Assembly (NCBI GenBank): GCA_002256025.1 | Contig: NKIB01014928.1 | Coordinates: forward strand, 1-39,457 | DNA length: 39,457 nucleotides | From: Asterionella formosa | Lineage: Eukaryota | Direction of reading: 5' to 3' | Shown: in pieces, positions 9,818 to 23,344 of the stretch | Layout of the letters: each line of letters begins with the position of its first letter | Numbering within the stretch: position 1 is the first letter of the stretch | Notes under the pieces: model-generated | Database searches by the model: none | Told to the model about the DNA's origin: nothing | The model's input: the letters and a program-made list of their open reading frames with translations, nothing else | Translations under genes and position numbers: made by a program

Positions 9818-11641
9818 TCAGATTCTAATGATTTCTTTACATCCGTTGGAATGCTCAACGACGCGGATTCCATCTGTAAAAGTGGTTTCCTTTGTTCCGT
9901 CAGGGTGAACTCGTCGGCTCACTCCATTTTGGTATAAGACTTCCTTATGGCCATCAGGATAATGACGCTCAACTTGGCGATTGTGATACTCGTATACCTG
10001 TAGACCGTTAGGGTGTTTGGAGTGCGTTGTCTGAAAGAAATACGCAAGAGAAATTGGTCAGAGACATACTGCGAACCAGAAACATGCACATCGATGCATA
10101 AATGAAGAGCGCCATACCTTGTCAGCTGCATGGTAATATGAAATTACAAGGCCATCATCAGTCTTTGTATCCCCGTTCACATATGTGATGATTGAAGATC
10201 CATCACTTCGAATCTCCTTCTTTGTTCCGTTTCGATATGTCAAGATTCGATTCCCGTGTTTGGTGGTTGTCAGATCGCGCCCTTTGCGACACTGTGTCCC
10301 TGGGGACACGAAGAGTTGAGATTCAGGCTCAGACAAAAAAGGAGTGCCGCTGCATGGTGGATCGAGCCGTTGTTGTCGAAGCTGTTCTGATGGAGCTGAA
10401 AGTTCGGTCGCCGGTGGCGATAGTTGAGTAGTTAAGATTGTACCACCCGCATGAATAGAATGCAAGGATCCAGTGGGACTGGGGCGCAGCGATGGTTTAT
10501 TCTCTAAACGACTCATCAGAACACGAATCTTTTCGGCTTGACAATGAATTATTTCTTGCAAATTTTGCTCTACAGCTTGGTGCTTAGATGTAGCGGAGTT
10601 CAAGTCGCGTTCCAGTTTCATCAGAGTGCATTCCTTTTGCTGAATGTCTTTTTGCTCCTTCGTCAATATAAATTCCGCAGCATGCTTTCGTTCTAAATCA
10701 ATGAGAGCTCGTTGTTCCTTCACCCACTTTTGCACTGATTTCTGCATGGCTTGAGCCCAATCTCTTGTAGACTGCCGCTCCGTGTATACGTCATTTAGGG
10801 CGATTTCCAACTTGAGCTCCAGCGCTTGTAGTCGACACCAACCCCCTTCCGAGATTTGCTTCATTTTTATGGGCTTCTCTATGTTGTTGGTTTCCATGGA
10901 ATCGCTCATACAACCATTGAGACCTCGGTACATGGAATTGTTCGCATCTGGACTGGGTCGCTCTTCAGAGACAGTTCTGCGCGGTATTTCCGATACACCG
11001 TCGGGAGAAGGTGGGAGCCGTTTGGCCCCTGGTGTTTTTGTTGCAGTTTTGTTTGGGTATAGTGAACTCAGATACATGTCATCGCTTTCCTTTGTTGATC
11101 GTTGGTTCTGAAAATTAGATATGTTGGTTTGATTTCTCAACACGATTCTTGGTAGCTCCTGAATTCTAGGACCTGGTGTTTGTTGAGTGGACACATCGAC
11201 CTCCTGTTGCCGGCTGCTGGCACATACATTTTTTGTTTGTTTGATTTTTGACAAATCAGGACAGCGTGTACTGTTATCCCTCTCGAGACCAACTTGGAAC
11301 TGGGGTACAGTAGTCTGATCAAATCGAATGTTGCTCAAATAATCCAGAAAGTCGGCAACTTCATTGCTAACATTGAGCTTCGAGACAGATTGAGCAGTGG
11401 ATTTGTCAAGACTCCGAGCAACGCCTGGTTGAAGACTAGACAAAGTGATGGGGGTTTCAGCTGTTGTTTCCAAAGCCCTGGAAATATCCTTGGTAGAAAG
11501 GTATCTAGAGAGATTTATGGGATTAGGAGATGAAGCCAGAGCAGTGTCTGCTTCTTCCATCAAGTCATCGAGATCCTCTTGCCATGACTCATTCAACCAT
11601 GATTTATCCATCAACGTAGAACTCTCAACCGCTGACGACAT
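9818..11641 (-). CDS. CENPJ: SAS-4/CPAP/CENPJ-like centriolar/centrosomal protein with C-terminal TCP10 (G-box) domain; two exons (11641-10118, 10030-9818), ~578 aa
   Basis: Intron 10117-10031 (AAG|GTATGG ... TTTCTTTCAG|ACA). Splicing gives YRNGTKKEIRSDG..YVNGDTK..YYHAADKTTHSKHPNGLQVYEYHNRQVERHYPDGHKEVLYQNG..HPDGTKETTFTDG..HSNG, the glycine-turn repeat of the CPAP/SAS-4 TCP domain. A central coiled coil precedes it. Confidence 0.85.
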
Positions 11642-12148
11642 GGATTGTGTTCCGTTCTTGACTTGCAATCAATTGAGGCAATGAGGAAACGATGAAAAAG
11701 ATGTTTAAAATATAATAGTGAGATGAATACCGGTACAAGGGTACCCTGGTACCCTGGTACCTGGTAACCAGTTACATATAAAATGTGTTATTGATGTTGA
11801 GGACTGTGGAGGACCCCGTACATAATTTTGTTGTTAATGTCGCAGTGCAGTGGTCGTTCGGATTGGTCGTGAGTGTAGAATCATACGTAATTATATTACT
11901 AAGATTCAAACCGATTTTCCCGTTCAAAATTTTTGTATGAACCAACGACTTGCATGCACCTTGCCACCATTATGCTCCCTGTGGTGTTGTAAAATGCTGC
12001 TACGGTAGATACATACTGAAGTAATCATAACAATTACTTTGCACATTTACTAATTTGATTTATATTATATGTAACATCCTATCTTTGCATTCCTTTGCCT
12101 TGAATTTGCTTTCTCGCCGCTTCTCATCCCTTGAATCATTTGCCATAC

Positions 12149-15100
12149 ATGCCTGTTGCCGTTTTCCACGAAGAGCTGCCCTCGCGGCCAGTTCGAAACG
12201 TGAAGTGTGTTTCGTTTGAAAATGGTTTGAAACCGTTGGGGCCTCACAACAGCAACAGCAAGACCATGCAACAAAACTCGTCAAGTTCAAATATCAACAA
12301 GATGGTGAACAGCGAAGATGTCATGTCTGATGCAACGACTGAGAAGGAAAATTTTACCTCACAGCTTAGGCTGTCAATAAAGAAGCCATCTACAAATGAG
12401 AGAAGAACAAGAGAAACTTCCAACTCAGAAAAGGCTGAAAATATATCTAACAGCTTGTCATCCTTTCGACGATCACTCCTTTCTACCATGAAGTCTCCGA
12501 AAGCTGCAACTACAGCCATTTTAGCTCCAATTGCCCGTCGCCACGGATTAAACCCATCTGGAATGAAATCCCCTCAAAAATTCAGAACTGTGGTGATGCC
12601 TAAAACTCCAAGCTCAATGCTGAGCAATGAACTTGAAATGGCAGATCCGGACATGAGTTTCTTGATTTCACCGTCTGCAATGGCAAATCCAAACTCATTT
12701 TCGCACAGCCCCGTGTTTCCATCACCTCCTAAACAAGCTCAAAACGTTATTCCAATGACCGTGGAAAAAGAAACGCAATTATTAAAGCCAGCCCATAAGA
12801 CTGCGATAGGCTGCAAACCTGCGTCCACTCGTAAAGTAAAGTCTGCACTACTGAAACGACGCATCGAAAGCAAGAAGCAGCAGGAGAAAATTGGCAAGGC
12901 AAAGTTACCTCACGTGCAAGAGGAGCAAGAACCGACAGGGAGAACACCCTTCCTCGTTCGTGGAAATGGTGTCCAAATGGATCTCTCTATGATGTTTTCC
13001 GATTTTCAATCACCAGAAAGAAGCAACGATAAAATGCAAATGATAGAGAAACCAGGATCACGCTTCCAACATCAAGTTCCGCCGGTCATTTCGCTTGAAA
13101 ACATGCAAAAAGGTCTCATTTTAGATTTCGGAGAAGAAAAGCTCAACGAAGTTGGAAAATCCCGATATCTTCCATTCAGTCTTGAGGCTCCCGGGAATCT
13201 TGCATCTGATGCTGTCGTCGAAATAGACCGAGTGCCTTTTCAACAAGGTTTTGATCTTGTCACCCATGATCCTGACAACCCTGATGAATTTGGCTCACAT
13301 TCGCATGTTACAAATCACCTTACCTCAATTACAAATACACCTACAATTATAATTGTACAACCCGGTGAAACGAAAACATTGTGGGTTCGTTGGAGTCCTA
13401 TCGAGGTTGGGGGAGTTCGAGAATTCATCGTATTAAGACTTCCTCAAGGACGTGGACGTCTACGAATCACAGTTATCGGCTGTGCACTATCGGCGTCCAA
13501 ATTATTACAAGAAACAAACCAGGTGAGTATTCGGTAAATGGAAATATTGTATATCTCTTACTATCCATGCTGACCAATAGTCTCTGTAATTCCCTAGCAG
13601 ACAAAAGCAACGATATCAGCAATGAAAAGTAGATTGAAGCAGCGAAGCATTTTGGAGACTCCTGCTACGTCTGCGAAGAAGGTAGGCACAAGGGATGGTT
13701 TTCGTGCTACTCCTCTTCGTATTTCCACCCCTTCGAGTGCCTCGCAGACTTCGTCTATTGTTACGGGATTGTCAACGAAGAGCCACAAATTAGACAATGA
13801 TTGGGCTGATAAACAATGTGTTGCGTTTGCTCAATGGTTGAATTATATGTTTCAACCGTCCGAAGATCGCGACCACGAGACATCACTACAAATTCTAGAA
13901 GAAGCGGGTCTTAATGCAAGAGCCATGGGTCGTGCAGCATTTAGGACGTTGATTCTTCATCGTCGAATTGAACAGGCTAGAACAAAGTCTGTGGCGATAT
14001 ACTGTGGGAAAGATATGCAAACGATACATGGGGTAATTGTTTCGGAAATCGGCCGAGGACGACTTGCTCTTCGACCAGATCAAGATTTATCTGCTGATTT
14101 AACGTTGAGAGATCAGATTACTTCCCTGTTGTTCTCGTATTCCACGGCTTGGCTTAGACTTGGGTTGGAAACCATCTTTGGTGAACCCATTAATGCAGAT
14201 TTTCCCAACCATTTCTCTCCTCAAAAAGTTTTCTCTATCAAAGGAAAATCTGAAATGACACCAAAGATTGGCATGAGCAGAATGAAGCGATCCCTAAAGA
14301 AATTTATTGAAGCGCGTTTGCTGTCGGATCCAAAGCTCTTGATAAAATACACAAAGGGTTTGTGCAAGAAGCTATCTGGGAACTTTGAAAAAAAGTACCT
14401 CTTGGAGCAGAGGACTTTGACACTTACTCGACTACTTGATTTAATCTTCTTCCTTGACAAAGCAAAGATGGAAAATGTTCTTTTTCACGTGCCTTGCCTC
14501 TTCGCTAGGGACACCAAGGTTAAATCATCACGCGATGTAATGATTGCTCTCTGTAGAGATTTTCTTGCCCAGGAAGGTGATGTGATCAAGCATCTGGCTC
14601 GCATTGGGTTGAAGGTTTTCTACAAACAAGAAGCTGTAGATGAAATTGAGTATGCTATTGATAATCTGGCAGTCGACATACGTGATGGAGTTAGATTGGC
14701 AAGAATGACAGAGATCCTCTCCAATCGACCTCCGAAGTCTTTGTTGGTCGCACTTCGTTTACCAGCAGTGTCGAGACTTCAGAAACTACATAATGTTGGG
14801 GTTGTTCTGGAATCCCTTGAGAAGTGTGGAGTTCATGGGGCATTGCAGATTGCGCCCCATCACATTGTGGACGGACACAGAGAAATGGTTCTCAAATTGA
14901 TGTGGTCTGTTGTTTCAAATTGTGGACTTCGAGCCCTCATAGACCCAGACATGATACAGGATGAAATTTATAGTGTTCTTCAATCCAACAAAACAAGACG
15001 AACCACCTGGCCTTTGGGCGAACACAAGAAGATTGCAACCAGTGTCAATGCTACACGTCAAGGTGTGGACGAAGGTGAAACATCAGACACTCAAGTGTTC

Positions 15101-18100
15101 AGGCCTTTATTGATACGTTGGTGTGATGCTATATGCTCATACTTCGGCATTAAAGTGACTGACTTGTCCACTTCCTTTGCTGATGGGATTGTACCATGTC
15201 TATTGATTCACTTTTACCATCCCGCTTTGCTTCCACTTTCTGAAATCCTGCCCACAACCAGACATTTGCACAAGCGTTGCGAACTTCAAAGCTACGATAC
15301 AGCTATTGTCAATGAACGAAGAAACACCGCTTTAGCGCTGATTACTCTTACGGAGCTTGGTGGTATACCGAAGATGCTACCAGTTGGCGACTCAAAAAAT
15401 CCACCTGACGAAAAGGCGATGCTTCTTTTTGTGACCTATCTTTGCTCACGTTTGATGGAGTCGAGCAAAGAAATTTTGGCTTGTATCTTGATTCAGGATT
15501 TCTATCGGAGAGCAAAACGAATTCAACTTCTCAAGAAAAAGATGGCTTCGGCATCGTATATTTGGCGAACTTGGTCAATTCAAAAGGGCAACTACTTTGA
15601 GAATCAGCACAGCTTGTTTGCTGTCCCTGTCGAAATTATCGAGAAATTCGTCATTTCTCGTAAACACAAGCTGAAGGCTATCCGTCACCTTCGCCTCGCA
15701 AACGTGAAGCGTCAGGTGGCTGCTACGAAATTGCAGAGCGCTGCTCGAAGGTGGTTGGTTCAACGAAGAATCCTTCCTGTATTATACAGAAGTAGTAGGG
15801 CGAGAATCATTCAGTCTTGCTGGAGGATGTTCACAGCGAAACACCAAGTTGCAAAGTGGGTAGCTGAGCGCTGGGCAGTAAACACGATTCAAAGATTCTT
15901 GAGAGGCTGTATGGCTCGGGATCGTTTCGTGGAATCGTACCTTGGTGTCCTTACCATCCAAGCCTTGATGAGAGGGCACACTGCCAGGAAATCATTGGCG
16001 AAAAGTCGTAAAGCCGCAGTTCAAATTCAGCGAGTTTGGAGGGGTTTCTCTGCTGCTTTGCAATATCAAGTGTCTCTACTCGATATTGTCGCTATCCAGT
16101 CTCTCGCCCGAAAAAAGTTGGCCATGGGATTGAGAATTAAACATTTGAAAGCCATTTCAATCATTCAGCTTGCTTGTCGACGCTTTGCGGCTCGACGCGA
16201 GTTGAACAACAGAAGACTTAACTATATGGAAAAAGTACAAATGGTACTTGCATCTTTGCAAATACAGAGTGTCGTCCGAATGGCGCTGGCAAGGAAAAAG
16301 TTCAAGAAGACACTTTTCCAAGAATCTGCTGCCAATCTAATTCAATCTCGATGGCGAAGCGTGTGCGTTCGGCGTTCCTACCAGACAAAAAGAACGAAAT
16401 GTATATCGTTACAGTCGATTTCCCGTGCTTTCCTTGCACGATCGCGTTTGAAAACACAATGCTCGTCGGCTATAGTCGTTCAGACAAAATGGAGATTCTA
16501 TCAAACATACATGTCATACCGGCGAACTATACGAATAATTATCAGGATTCAGGCTATTGTTCGGCGTTTTCTTATCGCTAGGCACCTGAAATCTCAAAAG
16601 TTTGCTATCCACGTTATTCAATGTTATTCTCGTCGTCACATTGCAATCAAACAAGTACGAGGTCTCCTGATCGGTAGACTCAAATCAACGTCTGCTGCAA
16701 CCATTCAGAAAAAATGGCGATCATATAAGGCAAGATCAGACTTCACCCTTTTGCAACGATCGGCTCTACTTATCCAATCGCTATATCGGGGTGACTTCGT
16801 CCGCCGCGAAATGCAGGCCCTTGTATTCTTCGCTACACTCATTCAGAAACAATGGCGATGTTATTGTGTGATGGTGCAATATCAAGTATCCCTGGTGGAT
16901 ATCATAATTGTTCAAAGCGTGTTCAGGCGACGCACTGCAGCATTGGAAGTTGTGAGGAAAGTGATTGCGCTTAGATGTATTCAAAGCGCAGCAAGGTTCT
17001 TTTTGACTAGTAGAAGGACAGTAGAGAAGCAAAGGTATTTTGACGCTTGTGTTGCTATCCAATCCTTTTGGAAAGCTGTGAAGGCGTCGAGTTCGTACGG
17101 ACAAACAAGAAGTGCTGTGATTAGGCTACAGCCAGTGGTTCGAAGGTATCTTGTCAGGTGTAAGGAAAAAAGGCGTTTAGAAGCTATCGTACGAATCCAG
17201 GCCAATTGGAGGCGATTCTGTGCCGTAGCTGACTTCCACCTGGTGCTTGGCAACATCATACGTATCCAGTGCACACTTCGACGTTATCTTGTTCAGGCCG
17301 CTTATATTCGATCCCGCGATAGCTGCGTAGTTCTTCAATGCTTCGTTCGGTCCTGCATTGCACATGCAATTGTAACCAGAATGAGAAAGTGCCTTGAAGC
17401 ACAAGCGACCATTCTATTTTTAAAGAGAAACACATGTGCTTCGACAGTGCAGGCATATTGGCGACACTATTGCATGAGGAAAGACATGATGAATCGCGCT
17501 GACGCTGCTACGAAGATTCAGACATGCTGGAGATCATTTGTAGCTTTGATTCAGTTTCGGATCGATCTCATCGATATCATTGTCGTTCAAAGTTTCGTTC
17601 GGAGATGGTTGGTTCATGAGCACGAGCGTCGTTTTGATAGAGCAACCATTGTCTTGCAGAAGAATGTGAGGAGATTTGCTGCTTCCCTGTTGGTTAGCAG
17701 TCTTCGTCTGAAGAAAGAGTATGTTCACGTGGAGGAACGATCGGCCGTACAAATTCAACGAATATTTCGTGGTGCAGCTGCTCGATCAATTTTCCGTCGA
17801 CACAAGGCAGCACAGATGGTTCAAAAAACTTGGCGATGCTACACAATCCATGTTGACTTCATGCTTGCCATGATCTCCGCAATCATGATTCAGTCGGCAT
17901 TACGTGGCTGGCGTAGTCTCCATGAATACCAGATTCTCCGACATGGTGTTCGTCGGTTGCAGGCTTTGGCACGTGGTGCGGTGCAAAGACGTAAGAACAG
18001 CGTTACTTTCAAAGGGGTGATCGCATTGCAATCTCTCGCACGAGGTGTAATTGTTCGAGATGAAATTCGCTATCTATGTGGAAAAGCTTCTATACTGCAG

Positions 18101-19198
18101 AAACTGGCCAGGGGTTTCCTCGCTCGCGTTGAAATGGAATTACGAAACTTCGCTGCTGGGGAAATTCAGAGGCTTTGGAGAGGATACAGTGCGAACGCTG
18201 ATTATTTGGTAACTGTGATCTCAGCTATCAGAATACAATGCATATTTAGGCAGAGTGCGGCTCGGAGCGTTCTTCGGGATCTCCTACGAGAGAAGCTGCT
18301 ATTCAATGTCGAATTGCTTTTCAACGAAAAACAAGTCCTCAAGATACAGAAAGCTTTTAGAGCGTATTTGCGTCGTCTCAATATGGCCTCTTTCGTCAAG
18401 ACTGTTCAACGAGCTGTTCGTTTCTACTTAGCGAGGAAGGAGATTAGGAAGGTTATGAACGCGATCATTCTGATTCAGAGTATTTCACGGGCATATATTA
18501 TCCGCCGAGCGATTTCAACCAAGGCAAAACATGTTGTGGCCCGAGTTTCCGAGGCAACACTTCGAGCCCGACAAGATCCCAGCATGAGATTGGGAGAACG
18601 TACTAGAACAGCTTTGTGTGTCCTACAAACAAGCAAACGGCTGTCAGAGATCATGTTTGCTGTCACAACACTTGAGATGTCGACAAGATTGTCACGAAAC
18701 TGTTGCATTGCTTTCACCAATGCGGGTGCCCCAGAAATCCTGTACAGCCTGATTAGAACCTGCAACCGGAGTCTCCCTCACATTGAGCTATTGAATTTTA
18801 TCTTGCATACTCTTCGAAATGTAGCTGCTCATAGAGATCTTGTCGATAAAGTTGCTACAACGTCGGCAGCTGATATATACCTGGACTTGATCCAAATGTT
18901 TCGCGACAAGGACACAATATTCTCCCTTGCTATTTGCCTGCTAGACATGGCTACTCTGACCAGAATTGAATTGAAAGAGAAATGCTCAACAAAGGAGAAC
19001 TTAAAGAGATTGAGGGGTGTCCACTCGTTGTGTGTACGAAAGATGATGGGCCAGGCTCGAGGTCCAGAATCCGCACCACTTCGCTCTGTTTCAGTGTCTA
19101 AACGGGTATCGAGTTACCTTCGGGACAGGGAAATGATGGACCGAAAGCTTTCTGTGAAGTTGCTTCATGGGATAATATCCCGCATCGAAGCTGATTGA
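12149..19198 (+). CDS. ASPM: Abnormal spindle-like microcephaly-associated protein (Asp/ASPM); two exons (12149-13522, 13601-19198), ~2320 aa
   Basis: A phase-0 intron 13523-13600 (CAG|GTGAGT ... CTGAC ... TAGCAG) joins the two ORFs in frame. Domains are ASH-like (VQPGETKTLWVRWSPIEVGGVREFI), then FAQWLNYMF and LLFSYSTAWLRLGLETIFGE. CH domains follow (NLAVDIRDGVRLAR..PAVSRLQKLHNV..IVDGHRE; DLSTSFADG), then dozens of IQ motifs and a C-terminal Armadillo-like region (LIRTCNRSLPH). The start codon could alternatively be a downstream ATG. Confidence 0.93.
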
Positions 19199-19397
19199 GC
19201 ATTTGTTTTCTAAAATCAGAATAAAATATAGATCTTGAAGCAAACCAATAAAAACTATAACTTTACCAGGTACAACATAGAACATTTAAAACAATCATCA
19301 ATACTTTTCTCGCTTTCTCAAACGAGAACATAATGAAATCCTTCCTACCACATTTACCACTTTGCAGTAGAATGTGAGATAAACGATGTTTGGAGGC

Positions 19398-20281
19398 TCA
19401 GTTATCGCCCCCTCCATCGCCATCGCCATCAGTACTAGAACTATTGTTTTTAACAACCTTGGGTGGGAAGAGCTTTCTCATTTTGTCGATGCCCATACTC
19501 TGAAGCCAAATCTTTCCCGGTCCTTTCATCGTCGTATTAAAGAGGCCTTCACCTCCGCAACAGCATGCAGTAACATTACCAACGTATTTAACATCGATTT
19601 CCACACTACTCTCGAATGCGAGGATGGCATCACCATCACAAAGAAGTTCTTCTCCATGCGCCAGCGTCTTAGTCACCACTGTGCCCATGGCCTGTATAAC
19701 ATGAATGTGAGAGATCTCTATTTAAAAAATGCCAACGAAAAAGCAACTCACAAAAGAGAAGAGATCACACTCACCATGATGAACGCCCATTCGCCATTTT
19801 CCATGGTTTGGACAATGAGGTCAAATCCACTGCAGCACACCCCAGCAACAGACTGAGATGGATTAAACCCAGCTGAAATATCAACTTCTTCTCCGGAGAG
19901 ATTAATCGTAGAGCAAAGAAAAGAATCCCTCAACATCATAATCTTTCCACTTGTGGACATGTTGATGGGTACAATAACTCCCGGATAATCTGGTGTCATG
20001 GCAATGTATCCATCTTCGTTTCCCTCGTTTGTGTAGGTTAATTGGAAGAGAGAGCCTCCTCCCGCCAAGCGACCAAAGGTCTTCTGAAAACCCGCCAACT
20101 TGACAGCCAGCTTCACATCATTGCTCATATAGGCCATGGCTCCCGAAAAGCATGTCACAGATCGACCAGCTCGAAGGGGAAATTGGACAACTTGCGCATC
20201 GGTTCCGAGTATTTCGTAAATTGGAAGCCCATCGTCGTACTTATCAGCCACAGGAGGCACCCAAAGTTCAAAGCCGTGCAT
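19398..20281 (-). CDS. AIM24: AIM24 / DUF124 (TIGR00266) family protein, paralogue 1; exons 20281-19775, 19691-19398 (~266 aa)
   Basis: Motifs YEILGTDAQVVQFPL..GAMAYMS, GRLAGGGSLFQLTY, YIAMTPDYPGVIVPI, GTVVTKTL..DGDAILAF and GGEGLFNTTMKGPGKIWLQSM. Intron 19774-19692 (ATG|GTGAGT ... TACAG|GCC) joins the two ORFs in frame. Confidence 0.9.
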
Positions 20282-21131
20282 CGTAGTCGTGCTGGTTGTT
20301 TACAATGTAAGTTCCTGGTGCATAACAAAGGGATTCATAGAGATCCCGTGTGATGCACTGGTGTTTGTTCCCTTGGCTGAAGATCGTTTCCATGTTCCTT
20401 TCTTGCTTGTTTGCCAACCGCCAGCAGACGTTCGCATCTTCTCGCGTCGAATGTGTGCATGAAATTGCGAGGATGCCAAGCAAAGTCATTCTATTGCTTG
20501 AGGCAGGTGTTGAAGTATCCTATATAAATAATATTCACACTATATGTAGTATACCGTACACACACTTCTTGTTTGATATTATTTGCTCAGTGAGATACCA
20601 ACTAACTGGTACCTGGTGCCAGGGTACACAAGTACAATACATATGCAAATTCTACGGTGCGGTCTACATATGGCTTCACTCCCAATACATATATGTACTG
20701 TACTTCTACGAGTTACTTATCGGTACATACGCACATTCAAATAATTTCATCACGTGGCTAAGTATTCGATTACGTGCTTGAGGATGTCATACAATTGTAG
20801 GTGCATATTAAATAAATAGCGATAATGCTATAGAATACCGGTACGTATGTATATTTGTTATTTCTGTCACTGTGCCTATATACTGTACACTGTACAGCCA
20901 ATTGACGTACCGTATCTTTACCTACCAGGTACTCCCACCGGTTGCCTGGTGCTCCGGCGCCTGCAGAACGGGCCATGAACAACAGCAAGGAAGCAAGGAG
21001 ACAAACCAGTATTACCGGTACATAACACACATCGCGATCCAACAGCCGCCATTGTGATCTTTCGAAACAACCAAGGCAGTTAATGAAATATTGATTTGAG
21101 TGCCTTATTTTCATACGAACATCAGGCAATT

Positions 21132-21982
21132 ATGGGCAAGGAAGAGGAGCAAGATATCGTTCTGGAGGCGTCTGGATGGGGTCATTTGTATGTCCCTGAG
21201 CCTACTGTATCAAAGGTTAGTTATTGATAGGACACAACTCGTTTACGAAAAAGAAGGGAAAACCGGAACTCACGCAACACGCACTTCCTTTCTAACTGTA
21301 GTATGCAATCACTGGAGAGGAATCCCAAGTGGTCACCGTTGCCTTGGATCCAGGTGAGACTGTGATTGGCGAGCCTGGCTCCATGATGTATCTCAGTTCG
21401 GGCATGAAGCAGCATGCGACCTGCGCCGGATGCTGCGCACGATGCTGCTCTGGTGAAGACTGTTTCGTCATGAACTTCACGAACTCTGGGACTGGAGACA
21501 AGGCATATGTTGCCTTAACTCCTAATTTTCCAACTGCCAAGGTCGTTCCTGTAGACATGTCTTCTCCTCATGTCGGGGGCGTGCTGATCTGTCAACAAGG
21601 AGCTTTCATGGCTAGTTACGGAGATGTTCAAGTCGGAATCAGTCTTGACTGCAATTTTTTGCGCTGTTGCTGCGCCGGAACTGGTCTTGTCCGTCAAAAA
21701 TTGGAAGGAAATGGAACGGTCTTTCTCGCTGCTACTGGCACAATTGTCCAGAAAGTTTTGAATCCTGGTGAGACAATCATTTGTGATTCAAATTGCATCT
21801 TGGCCTTTGCCGAGAGTTGCAAGCTTGACATCCGTCGAGCTGCTGGAATAATGGGAATGGTCGGTGGAGGAGAGGGGATCTTCAATACTACGTTGACTGG
21901 CCCTGGATTGGTGTTGGTGCAAAGTATGAATGAAATTGTGTTCCGAGAGGCCTTGGCTGCTAACAAGATTTACCGTCGATAG
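21132..21982 (+). CDS. AIM24: AIM24 / DUF124 family protein, paralogue 2; exons 21132-21215, 21302-21982 (~254 aa)
   Basis: Intron 21216-21301 (AAG|GTTAGT ... CTAAC..TAG). Spliced product MGKEEE..SK-YAITGEESQVVTVALDPGETVIGEPGSMMY..ICQQGAFMA..RQKLEGNGTVFL..GGGEGIFNTTLTGPGLVLVQSM. Confidence 0.92.
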
Positions 21983-23344
21983 ACCCTAGTCCTTGTATTT
22001 GCTCTCTTGGAAAACGCCAAATATAGGCGTGTTACGTGAATAATTTTCGTCTAGTATACTGTTGAACGTTGATCTAGACTACCGGTAATTACTATTATTC
22101 GTCGATAGCTCGAACAAGTTCTTTATGCAGAACATTCCCGATTCATCCCTTAGAAGATTCTGTAGCCTTGTTGGTGGATTCAACAAGCAATGAGGCTACA
22201 GATACAAATAGGGATCCACGGATTGATTTCAATACCAGTAGTGACAAAGATAGACCATGATACCGGGTATCCCTGGCACCTGGTACTCTGTTTCATCACC
22301 TGATAAAAGTGTATTGGTATCAGTTTTTCGATAGAGCTGGAGTCGCCAGACGAGGTCATCGAGAAAGAATGATAATATTAATTCATCTTGACAAGGTTTT
22401 CATGAACTACTCATGATGGAATATCCATGATGTGCTTGCCGCTATCTTCTTTGTGTAGATATCGGTAGTTGCTTTACAAACAATAGGAGACCACCAGCAC
22501 CTGAACCTGATAAGTATAATAATGATCAGAGCGAACGACCATCATGATTCCATGGTATATGTAGTAAGATAGCTTTATGGTGGACATTCATACTTGCAAC
22601 GACTGGGCACTCAAAGGGATCCCGCCTCGGCTGGCCGGCCGACACCATGCGTAGGGTTTACATTCAATTTCTAAATAAGAATAATGTCACCATTACCGTA
22701 TTATAAAATGCAACTGTACCCGGTATCGGTACTACCGGGTACCGGGAAAGAAAAAGTATCATTTGGATCGTTTTTCAAGATCATGCCTGGCGGTGCGTGT
22801 TTCATCACTGGCTATGTACCGGTACCAGTGCCTGGTACTTGGTAGTGGTACCAGGTACCAAAGTACCTCCAAGTTGCGGTCATTTTGCTTAAACAAACAA
22901 TTTAATATGGGATAAAGATAGCTAAACCTTTTAGTTTCAGCACAATTACCGCAACCTGCTTCAAAATACAGTACAGTATACCCGGTATGTTCAGGTATTC
23001 CCGCAAGCAAGTAGCAAGTGTACAGTACATACTGGTAACGGGCGGTATGTATGCACACAACGCCATCGTAGTCCACCGGGATACTATGTAGGTTTTGTAT
23101 CATGACATACGTAGCTGCACAAGTACGGTATGTCGGAGAGACTAGACTAATAGAATTCATGCTGCTGTCTACGGTATATTTATTGGTTTATATAGAATAT
23201 TACCCATGCAGAGCGAGCGAAGACGCAAAACCAATCTTTGTGTATTACCTGTACGGTAGTGTCCCGGGTACCGGTATGTTAATACGGTAGCCATTTGTGT
23301 TCACTTTTGCCTTACATTATTATCGTAGTATCATTTACATCAAC

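Noticed and set aside
10058..10117. ORF-track C-terminus VWRSSFMHRCACFWFAVCL
   Set aside because: Read-through into an intron; the spliced exon 2 continues the TCP domain.
12131..13537. Separate 468-aa gene upstream of ASPM
   Set aside because: It is exon 1 of ASPM; a canonical in-frame intron joins it to the 13622 ORF.
22612..22660. GC-rich near-palindrome TCGGCTGGCCGGCCGA between AIM24 paralogues
   Set aside because: Single short occurrence with no tRNA or snoRNA features that I can support.
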